Part shown: in pieces, positions 38,257-47,888 of the stretch | Layout: every line of letters begins with the position of its first letter | Position numbering within the stretch: the first letter of the stretch is position 1 | Source: Circinaria calcarea | Lineage: Eukaryota | Direction of reading: 5' to 3' | Assembly (NCBI GenBank): GCA_051942165.1 | Contig: JAVECS010000005.1 | Span: 1-60,567, forward strand | Length of the DNA stretch: 60,567 nt | Made by a program: the position numbers and the translations under genes | Notes under the pieces: model-generated | The model's input: the letters and a program-made list of their open reading frames with translations, nothing else | The model's database searches: none | Told to the model about the DNA's origin: nothing

Positions 38257-40131
38257 ATGAGGGAGGTAAACTTTAGTATTCCAAATGTCAACAAGGCGTC
38301 TGTAGGAATCACTACAGCGTTATATGACCGCCGAGCTCTTGACTGCACTTCTACTTTACCATTGATCAATTCGCTCAATCATCTTGCGTATTTGACAACT
38401 TCTTCGGCACGGATACGGGATATTCTGACCGTGGATGGCGGTGTCGAGAGGCTAGTATGCATCCTAAAACAAGGTCGAAGCAGAGAGATGATGGAGATGT
38501 GGAAATGGAATCTGGCGTTTCAATGTGTGGTGAACATTGGCGTTCGTGGTTCTGAGACTGTTCGTACGAGGGTCGTTGAAGCAGACATGGTGCCCGTCAT
38601 TGCAACCATACTGGATAACTACATCAAGGTCATTGACAAATATCGAGAGAAGTTGGAATCAGATGCACGGCGGAACACTCTCCGGTACGGGCCCAGTAGA
38701 CCTATCGCTAAACCCCGAGATCACGGTAGTCGTCCGACATTCCACGAGCGCGGAGGCAGCATCTCGGAGCACCGACCGTTTCGAAGGCAGGCTCCTCCAC
38801 CCGCTATTGAAATACCGCAACCTTTTTCCCAACAGCAAGGTCTTGATGTCGGCGCAATGGAAGTAACGCCAACGCCACCTCAACTGGCACTTACATCTCC
38901 ACCGGACCGGAGCTTCTATTCACGGCATCATCATCATCACCACCACCACCACCATCATCACCGAAACCAAGATGTTAGGCATCATGCCCATGGCAGTTCC
39001 GGGTCCACTATTCGTCACCATGGTTTGCAGCCGTTGGCCTCGACAGTGCCCTCTATTGAGACCGCTGATGGATTTGGACTGCGGCCCGTTAGTGACAGGG
39101 ATCGCCTGCCATCAATGCTGCCTGCTCTCCAAAATGGCATCACTTCACAACCTGAATCTCCAACGACGCCTAACGCGCCAACAATCCGCCCTATGACTAT
39201 ACATAGGAATCGACGACGTTCCTCTTTCCGACATCAGTTGTCTACGTCGGGAGATTCGGATGACGCCAACGGCGACGGCATACCCTCAGAAGCACCAACA
39301 ACCAATGACCGAACAGACGATTCCATGATAGACATTCAAACTACTGTCGATATACAAGGAACCGACGTCCAGGAATCGATGCTGGACGCAGTTGCTACGC
39401 CGCTTGCGTTCGACGGGTCGAATGGATCTGATGCACAGGAAGCAGAAACGTTTAACATAACTCACAGATCGGTGCTTGATGGTAGCATCATCAATACTAA
39501 TATAAATCCAACTAATAACAACATCGGCATGCCTCCGGTACCCCCACCAATGAATGTCATTAGCGTCCCGCCACCGATGATACCTCCGAATGTCCACGCA
39601 AGGTACCTCTTAGATCGATCCGCCCCGCCCGGTGTTTTGGCGGCTACTCCTCGAGACGAAGACGTTTTGATGTCGTTGCAGTTACTTGCGTACGTTTCGA
39701 AATACTGCAATCTACGAACTTACTTTCAGCAATCCCACCTCGTCCCGAAGCTAAAGATCGGTCATCATCTACAAACGCTCGAAGAAAACCCGCCAACTGT
39801 GGATTGTTCTCACCTCGATGAATCACAAGAGGAAGAGTATTTACTTCCGGACGACTTCAACATATTTCCCTTGGTTGAGAAGTTTACGGTCCGCCACCAC
39901 TCCCAAGACATGCAGTACTGGGCTGGGGTTGTAATGAGAAATTTATGCCGCAAAGACGATTCCCGCGGAGGGATTCGTCAATGTGCTTACTACGAATGCG
40001 GTAAATGGGAACAGTGGACTAGGCAATTCGCAAAGTGTCGACGCTGCCGCCGTACCAAGTACTGCAGCAAGGAATGTCAGAAAAACGCGTGGGTGTATCA
40101 CCGGCATTGGTGTCAAGTGGCAACGCAGTAA
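38257..40131 (+). CDS. samB: MYND-type zinc-finger protein SamB/Mub1
   Basis: MREVNFSIPNVNKASVGITTALYDRRALDCTS, LAFQCVVNIGVRG, YWAGVVMRNLCRKD, MYND finger CAYYECGKWE..FAKCRRCRRTKYCSKECQKNAWVYHRHWC. Confidence 0.95.
   Translation: MREVNFSIPNVNKASVGITTALYDRRALDCTSTLPLINSLNHLAYLTTSSARIRDILTVDGGVERLVCILKQGRSREMMEMWKWNLAFQCVVNIGVRGSETVRTRVVEADMVPVIATILDNYIKVIDKYREKLESDARRNTLRYGPSRPIAKPRDHGSRPTFHERGGSISEHRPFRRQAPPPAIEIPQPFSQQQGLDVGAMEVTPTPPQLALTSPPDRSFYSRHHHHHHHHHHHHRNQDVRHHAHGSSGSTIRHHGLQPLASTVPSIETADGFGLRPVSDRDRLPSMLPALQNGITSQPESPTTPNAPTIRPMTIHRNRRRSSFRHQLSTSGDSDDANGDGIPSEAPTTNDRTDDSMIDIQTTVDIQGTDVQESMLDAVATPLAFDGSNGSDAQEAETFNITHRSVLDGSIINTNINPTNNNIGMPPVPPPMNVISVPPPMIPPNVHARYLLDRSAPPGVLAATPRDEDVLMSLQLLAYVSKYCNLRTYFQQSHLVPKLKIGHHLQTLEENPPTVDCSHLDESQEEEYLLPDDFNIFPLVEKFTVRHHSQDMQYWAGVVMRNLCRKDDSRGGIRQCAYYECGKWEQWTRQFAKCRRCRRTKYCSKECQKNAWVYHRHWCQVATQ
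38926..38961 (+). repeat. CAY trinucleotide repeat encoding 12 His within SamB
   Basis: cat cat cat cat cac cac cac cac cac cat cat cac. Confidence 0.9.
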
Positions 40132-40616
40132 CAAGTTCCTAATTGCACTGCCATTTCATGGTGCTGTTTTTGGAGGACTTCTTTTTTTCGTTTGGTACAT
40201 TCGTCACTCTGGTATCCGTGGAGGTCTCGTTTATTCAAGGGGCCCTCTGCGGAAGGGGAAATTACGCCACAAAAACTTTATGATCTGGACCCGAATGTCA
40301 ATTCATCATAACGACGTCTGTCCTCCGGTAGTTCCTTTATCCTTCTGCATTTGCATAGCATCATTATCCTACCATTCTCTGCGATTCCATTACTTGGCAA
40401 CCTCTGGTCTGTGTGAAATGATGGGATATGAACCAAACAGTGCTTCAAAAGCGTGCATTGTCTCATTCACGGGGACTTCCAGATCCATGAAGAAATTGTA
40501 TGTATTACGAGCAGCTTGGGCATGGCCCGCTGTATTCTGCTTCGTAGCAAATACTGTGGCAACGCTAGTATCGCTTCAATTATCAGGTCTAACATACTCA
40601 ACCCTAATTTGGTCAT

Positions 40617-41928
40617 TCACCCATGCACCGAGTCGTCATGCTTTGAGAACCTATACGTAGCTTGCAGTCTGCTTTGCAAGTGCTCTCCTGCCGTCATGAC
40701 CTTCGTTCCCTCCGCGATTTCCCCAACTCTTTGTGGGTCTTTGGATGTTGTCTCCACCATTTTACTAGGAACAGATACCAAGGGGGTAGCGTCCGCCGGA
40801 TGGCAGAAATATGCTATGCTATATCTGTCCCCTTGATCGCCTGTGGCTGGGAAGACGACTCTATGCACCGTACTTTTCAGCAATCCATTGGTCCAATAGC
40901 TTAATAGATCTCCTATGTTCACCAATACTGGAGGAAACGGGTCAGTCTCCGTACCCGGTGGAGAAACCATGACTGGTGACCAAGTTGAGCCGTCCAATAT
41001 TTCAAGGCCTGGTTGTGAAGGTCTTTGGAAGAGCAGTGTCATAGAGCCGTAATCGCTGTGAGCTCCTGCGCGGACGTCGGTGGATGCATCGTAAGGGGTC
41101 GTGAAGGAGTGAAGATCGGGATACTGATGTGTTCAGTTGATGGGAAAGCTAGAGGGTAACTTGGATAGCCGTACATATAGCAAGCGAAGGGTACAGCCTG
41201 AAGGGCCTTTGGATGGGTCGTGCCAAGAGGAGAACCAATCTTCGCCGCCATTTTCGGGATTGATCTGAACTGCGGGTCAGCCTCACAAGCGATTGAAGCG
41301 ATGAAACTACACATCTTCAGTCCCATGGCGAACAGTCCAAGGAGTTTGTTGCAGAGGTCATGACACGAGTCGGCAAACTGGCCCAAGTCTTTCGCATGAG
41401 GACCTAGCGCTTTTGGTAATGGTTGTTGGGGCTTGCCATCAGCGTATTCTGCAATGTTGAATACTCTATCTTTCATCAGCAAATGCCCCTTTCAAGGACG
41501 CATTGAGAAGCGGCACCGACTCTTTGAAATCGCCTCTCTTCTGGTGCTCAGGATCTAGGATTTCAGTGTGCATCGAAGCCCAGCCCCTATTCTGCTTCTA
41601 TGTTAATTGCACAGCGTCGGGTAACCTTATGAGCCGTACAGTTGCGTCAATGGCACATATCTCCTTATCTTCTCGTGGTGATTGGAAAAATTTCTTGGAC
41701 TTCTCACAACGTTAGATGTACTCCCCTCTATTGTCGGAACTGCACCTGTGGGCTGACCAATGCGAAGATCTTATCAACTGTCCCTGCACTTATATTGAGA
41801 CCCGTACTCTTGATGTAGACAAAGCCATACTTGGCTGCTGCGGCTACCAGTAGATCTGCTGTCTCTTCATCTATACTAGAGATATCGATGATCGGTAGCT
41901 GTAGCTTGATTTGGTCTCTAGGGAGCAT
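40617..41928 (-). CDS. 2-oxoglutarate/Fe(II) dioxygenase (DIOX_N + 2OG-FeII_Oxy, IPNS-like), 6 exons; one donor is non-canonical
   Basis: LPIIDIS, AAAKYGFVYI, NRGW, GDFKE, LRLLY|YP, AGAHSDYGSMTLLFQ (HxD), VNIGDLLSYWTNGLLKSTVHRV, RYSIAYF (RxS). Confidence 0.9.
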
Positions 41929-42361
41929 CTTGTCCCTACTCCTGGATGGCAGCCGATGCGGAACAAACGGACAGCTACTTTCTGATGCCTAAACCGTGTC
42001 CTAATCGACATTAATGACAGCAGTAGGTAGAAGGGCACCAGCGGTTTGTATGTGAACGACTGGCCTGGTCCAGTAACAGATTTCAGCACAAGCTGTGTTG
42101 ACTGCTTAAGGCGGCCAGTCGGAGACCTTTACTCCGTATAAGTACGCACGGACCTACCGTCCTGGACAGTAGATACTAGACAGTCGCTGACTCCAGTTCA
42201 ACGCTGAATCCTTATCATTTCTTCCGAGGGCAGGCCACAGCCACAGCCTACAGGTCGCGGCTTTCTGGAGGCAGCTGGAACAGCATTCTATACAGATCTA
42301 TGGACCTTTCTTGACTTATTGCCTGGGTATTGGATTGATCCTTCATTTAGCCGTATCAACC

Positions 42362-45019
42362 ATGGGCAGTAAGTGAGCACAGATTCGGATCTGACATTGG
42401 GCTGACATGAAGCTACTCCCCAGTCCTCGCCTTCGACTCGTGGGCAACTCGCCAGGTGATGCCCCTCGCGGCCTTGAAAGATAGCGTCATTGGTATCGAT
42501 GCCACTTACTATCTTGAGCTTCTCCTCGCACCCTCTAGAGAACCTCTCCTTTCCGCTCTCGGTGGATATCCCCTGGCTTTGGAATCAACCATCGTAATGG
42601 AACTCGAGGACATGCAAGCTGCTGGCTTCAAGCCACATTTCGTCTTCAACGGGCTAGATTTTGGCATCAAGGACGACCCGTTCAAAGCTTCGATTTCCTC
42701 CGCACAAGCCAATGCTGCCGCCTTCGAAATCTACGAGAAGGATATGGCAAACGAAGCCATTGCTGTTTTCAGGACATCAGGTCAATACGTGGTGACTTAC
42801 TCAACGCCGAATCTAGTTGCTGACAAATAAAAGGAGCCCCAGGTGCGGCCGGACTATCTGAATTCCTGAAGAAAGTCTTGCATGACCACAACGTTGAGTT
42901 TACCGTTGCTCCATACAGCGCCCTGGCCCAGGTAAGCTATTAGACGGATTTTACAGGACTAGCTGATATACGTATGCAGTTAGCATATTACGAGAAAGAT
43001 CCAAGTCAATTCATAGACGCTATCCATGGTCCCTCCGAGCTCTTCACGTACGGCGTGGACAAGCTTATTACCAGGTTCCACCTCGCGCACACTACCTATG
43101 AAACAACCATAATGGGTTTCGCCAAGAAGGATGCTCCATTTGTATTGGAAGACTCACAGTTTGATTGGATTGACAGACGCGCGTGTTTAGAGGAGCTGGC
43201 CAATATACCTGTGGAGATCTTCATTGATGCTTGCTTGTTGGCTGGCTCACGGCTCCTCTGCACCTTCCCGCCTCTTGAAAACCCTGCACTCTACAGTAAG
43301 GGATACTCGTTTCGCGATGTTGTGAACCTTATCTTGTCCTGTGGTCGCAATGTAACCTCTGTTTGCGCTCAATATCAGGATGACGCGCGAGTTAAGGAGT
43401 TGGACTATCTCGACAGATATAGGAAGGCAGCAACTGCGATCAAACATCACATTGTCATCACCAGAGACGGCAGTGTTGAGACAGTTGATGCAGAGCATGC
43501 TCCTTCTGATGTCCATGATTGCGTGGGTCAGCGTCTCCCCGAGGAACTTGTCATGTATCTATCGCGTGGCATGCTTCGACCGAGGGTTCTGAATTGGTTA
43601 ACTTCAGGCACTATCCTGATTACTGCGCCTTCGGATGGCGGAATAAGCCATGAATATCAAACCTTAGTCAAGACCCACCTCGACCCCTGGAGACGACAGG
43701 CCCTTTCTCTGTTAGCGGATAACGTTCATCGTTACTATCAGCGAAAAGAGGTGACGACCAAAGTCTGGTTTGACCCGGAGTATGAGGGGAAATTCAATCT
43801 CAAGGACCTCCTTCCCTCACCCAAAGACGCTTTACGTACCTGGCATGTCAAAGAAAGCCTTATTATGGAGAGACTGCCGAAGCTTAATGTAGGAGCTGTA
43901 TATCGTTTACCACCAGACCGTATTTGCTAATAATATCATAGGCTTCCTCGACAGGGGTTTTGCCTGGATCAATATACTTTGCACTTCACAGTCTGACTGA
44001 CACAACTTACTCTTCCAGTACCAACGCCTCAAAGTCTGCTGCCCAAGAGGTGGGTGCTCCTCAATGGTGTGCGTTACATGGCAAACTAATATCCATCAGC
44101 CGTTAGGAACCAAAGCTGAGATCACTACGAATGTCATCTGGCGGTTCCTACAACTACGGGGTTATGTCGATGACAAGCATCAATTGACAAATTGGGGCTC
44201 CACGCTCGTTACTATATTGGCGACATTAGGTCCTGGAAAGCTTCAAGAGGAAGCTGCATTTGTGGCGGTCGAACTTCTGCGACTCAATTTGCTGAACCCA
44301 GACACAATGTTTCCTGATTACTCAGGCGCTCCAGTCCGCGGAACAGGTTAGCCCGTCGACGACTTACTGAGAGTCTACCAGCTAACCGCTTATGCAGAGA
44401 CCGACAAACGAAACTGTATGCTAGTTTCACGCGTTGCATGTATTGGCAATCTCCGCCACCAGCCTAGAGGATATAGTGGTCCACTTAGTCGACACCTTCT
44501 TGCATATCACTCAATCATCTCCGCAATCCATGCCAGTCTCCGCGATCTGGTCGAGATGAGTATCGCGGCAATGTTCCTAGCAGGGGACGCTGACCGAGAC
44601 CGTGACGACTGGATGGATCTATCACTTAGGTAAAATACCAAGAACTCGTATCTGTGGCTGATATATTTTCTTACATTCGTGTAGCCTTCCTTTCTACAAT
44701 CCAAACTCGTGCGCCCTTGGGGTAGCCACCAAGACTTATCTCGACGAGCTTTGCACCCGGGACGATCCAACAGCGGAGATCACCAGGGCGGAGATGAAGA
44801 AGAAAGGCCAGGGTTGGGTTGAATATTCTGACTTTTCTGCAAGCCTCGAAGATGCCTTTCGACTGTGGGATGCTGTAAGTGGAAGAGCTTTATCCAAACC
44901 CTCTCGGCGTCGCTGATCCAAAGTGAAAGGTATACAAGGGCGTTGTCACCTCTGGATATTTGAGCAAGGATCGGGACATGTGGGATGAGGTGAACGAATG
45001 GTTATCACAAAGAAGATGA
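42362..45019 (+). CDS. MKT1: Mkt1 (XPG/PIN-like post-transcriptional regulator), about 9 exons
   Basis: IGIDATYYL, EPLLSALGG.P, PHFVFNGLD, VAPYSALAQ|LAY, FIDACLLAG, APSDVHDCVGQRLPEEL, RFLQLRGY, YSGPLSRHLLAY. Confidence 0.9.
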
Positions 45020-46291
45020 AAAACCTGCTACATAATCCATGTTTGGTAGGTAATGCAGTTCGGCTGGATGCTACGTTCTTTAAGTCCTTGCTAGGTTGAG
45101 ATGCCAGTTACTAGAAAAAGCAATATTCTGACTGTAGAGCCGCAAGAATAACCGTCTAAAGGTCTCCTGCAGCTACTCACATGGTACACTACCTTCAACA
45201 AACCTTTCTCATCATATGTTACTTTTCGCCCGCTGTGGGTCATTTGAATGTCAAGCGTGTTCGACATGGGTGTCGTTGATAATGCATACAAAGACAGCAA
45301 ACCCTGAGACTTCCATGCCGAATAACAAACCCTGTATTCGTTGTATTCCATCCATCGTCACGTCAATAATAAAACTGGTCTCTTCATGTCGAACCGACCG
45401 TCTCACATGCACACCAGTACTACTGTTCAACACCGGCAGTCTTCACATCCGCACCTTCCCTTTCCTCTCAGCAGCCTTTTAAGTCGACTCTCCTTCGATA
45501 GCAGCAATTCTCTGCTGCATGCGCGATGATGGTCCTGTCGGGGAGAGCGAGGGTGTCGTGCCTGTTCATCTGCTGACTGAAGCCCCTGAGACTGGCGAGT
45601 CCGGGTGAAAGGTGGTGATGGGGATTAGAGAGTGTAAGCGTAGCGTTCGCCTCGACAGGGTGGGCGGTGAAGGCGGCGAGAAAAAGGCCGCGTATCCTGG
45701 GTGGAGTATTTGGCGAATAGGCATGGGGATGCCGACATTGAGAAAAGGAAGGGGGGAGGTGGGTTTGTTCTTGAAGGGGTCAAGGGAAACAGAGAAAGGG
45801 GCAAGGACAGAAATAATGGAAGAGCACAGTAAGGAGGTGAACGGAACGGAGGGAGATGCGGAAGAGGAAGTTGGGAGAGCGGTTCAATGCCGGGCAGGTT
45901 GGTTCGGAGGCTTGGGCAGTCTGAGCTCTTGGCTGGTAACGAGGAGAACGCCGGTAGATAGGCTTGAGGAATATGGCTGGCGTGATTGAGTAAAAAATAA
46001 ATGGTTTGGTTCCGAGGTTCCGAAATGGCTTCTATACTACCAAAGCATTAAGGGATTCTCTCATTCGTTTTCCTGCTCCGCGATTTGGTATTCCCAAGGC
46101 GCAGTCTCATGTCGTTCTCATCTCCGCTTGTTGTTACGAGGAGTCTCTCCAAAGGTAGGATCACGCGAAATCCATATGAGACTATTCTCTCATCTTAACC
46201 CAATCATTCCTTTCTCCAACTACAGTTCTATGACTGTGTTCCTATTTCTGCCAAGTCAGTTTGCAGCTCCGAGAAATCAAACCTCCTCCAC

Positions 46292-46960
46292 ATGTCTCCG
46301 TCGCCGCTTCACCTCCTCCCCTACGAGCTTTGTATGATGGATGATATACCGCCAGATCCTTTCCGGACCCATTAACATACTCCGCCGCGTCTCCGAACCG
46401 ACTCACCGCCTCGTCATCGACGACGTCCGCGCGACCATCCTACGTGTCTGTAAGCTGTTTCCCACTGAGGCTACATCCATCCTCTCCGTCGAGAATACCT
46501 TCTGCCTCGACCATTACTATCAATTGTTATTCACCAACATCTTCCCCCCCTCCATGGGCCCTGTCGATGCTGCATTTCATCAACACCCGCTTCATGCGCT
46601 CCAAAACTCGCAACCTGTACTTGTTCTAGAACATGTTAAGCCTACAGCGTGGCGAAGTACTGAGATGGTGTGAGGAGCTTTCCGGGTTGAAAGAGATGCG
46701 GTGGCCTTGTAGGGAGCTTGCCAAGCAAGGTAGATAACGATGAGGAGGCTGGGAAAGCAGAGTGCAACAAGCAAGTAAAACAAGCTCTCCACGACGTTGC
46801 TATAGCGTTGCAGGTCGTAAAGACGGGATTAGAGGTCGACAGGGGCGGCATTTAGAAGCTGTATCTGGGACCACGGTATGAGTATTTTCGCTTGATTGCA
46901 CTGGAGGATCTCAGGGTCTATATGAAGAGGAATGCGAGTACCGCTTATTTTATACTCCTG
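46292..46960 (+). pseudogene. Frameshifted relic of a fungal F-box-like (LPxEIRxxIY...ILRVCK...ENTF) family gene
   Basis: MSPSPLHLLPYELCMM then a frameshift into MIYRQIL...ATILRVCKLFPTEATSILSVENTF; further frameshifts and in-frame TAG codons downstream. Confidence 0.6.
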
Positions 46961-47888
46961 TGCTCCGAAATTGGCTCTGAATCTTCAGGAGATAGAAAAT
47001 TTCTCTTCCACCGTCCGTCCACTGGTTCGACGGCGTAACAAGAACCTAGACACCAACTAGGCGTCAATGACCATGTACAGTCCAGAACGCTGGCAGTCTC
47101 CCTCTCCTGACCTAACCTTGACGTTTACTGCAATTCGCCATATCGGGGCCGAGAAACCCCCCTAGCTGCCTTTGCTAATGCCATGCAAAGGCTCCATTTC
47201 AACAACACAAACCGGGCATCCGACGACGATAATTAGAGCAACAAAAAACAAAAACCGCGAGAGAAATGCAGAGTCGAGGAGAATGCTGCACGCCTTAACC
47301 TCTGCTATGAACACGCAAAGGATCTGGGGCGTCAGAGCCGGGGAGAAAGTAGAGAAATTGGTACATCTAGATAGGTAGACAGGCACTTTGGGATTGGTAG
47401 AGCCTTGACAAATCAGGACGGAAAGCTCTGTTCAGTGGTTGAAGATTGGAGCAGACTTAGGTCTCTAGAATTGGGCGTTGTTTCGTTCCATCTTCTATTT
47501 CGCGTTTTATCAACCTCGAAAGGCATGTTGAGAGAATGCCGGGTGATCCAGGTCTATAGTGTTTATCAGTTCCTCTACAAACAAGAAAAGAAGCTGTGGC
47601 ATTTATTTGATGGCACAGTGTACGTGAATGCACATGATTCATGTGATACGGCTACCACGTGTTCCAACTTCCTGCAAGGCCCAAATCCTCCTTAACTGAA
47701 GCAAATGACTTAATTTATGGTAGGAAATCCACCAACACATGTGATCGTCATGTCAAACAAGTCTTCCTCAAACTCCAACCCCTGTACCCATTCCAAAACA
47801 TCCTCGATCCAGAGCACATACCTCACTCCTTCGATCATCAAGTCCGTTTCCATGTCTTCTTAAGAGCTTTACCCAAATCGTGGCCGTG

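Noticed and set aside
39983..40660. 225-aa ORF overlapping the samB 3' end
   Set aside because: Alternative frame running into 3' UTR; no family features
40617..41928. 2OG dioxygenase as a sign of a secondary-metabolite cluster
   Set aside because: No PKS, NRPS, terpene synthase, cluster transporter or Zn2Cys6 regulator nearby
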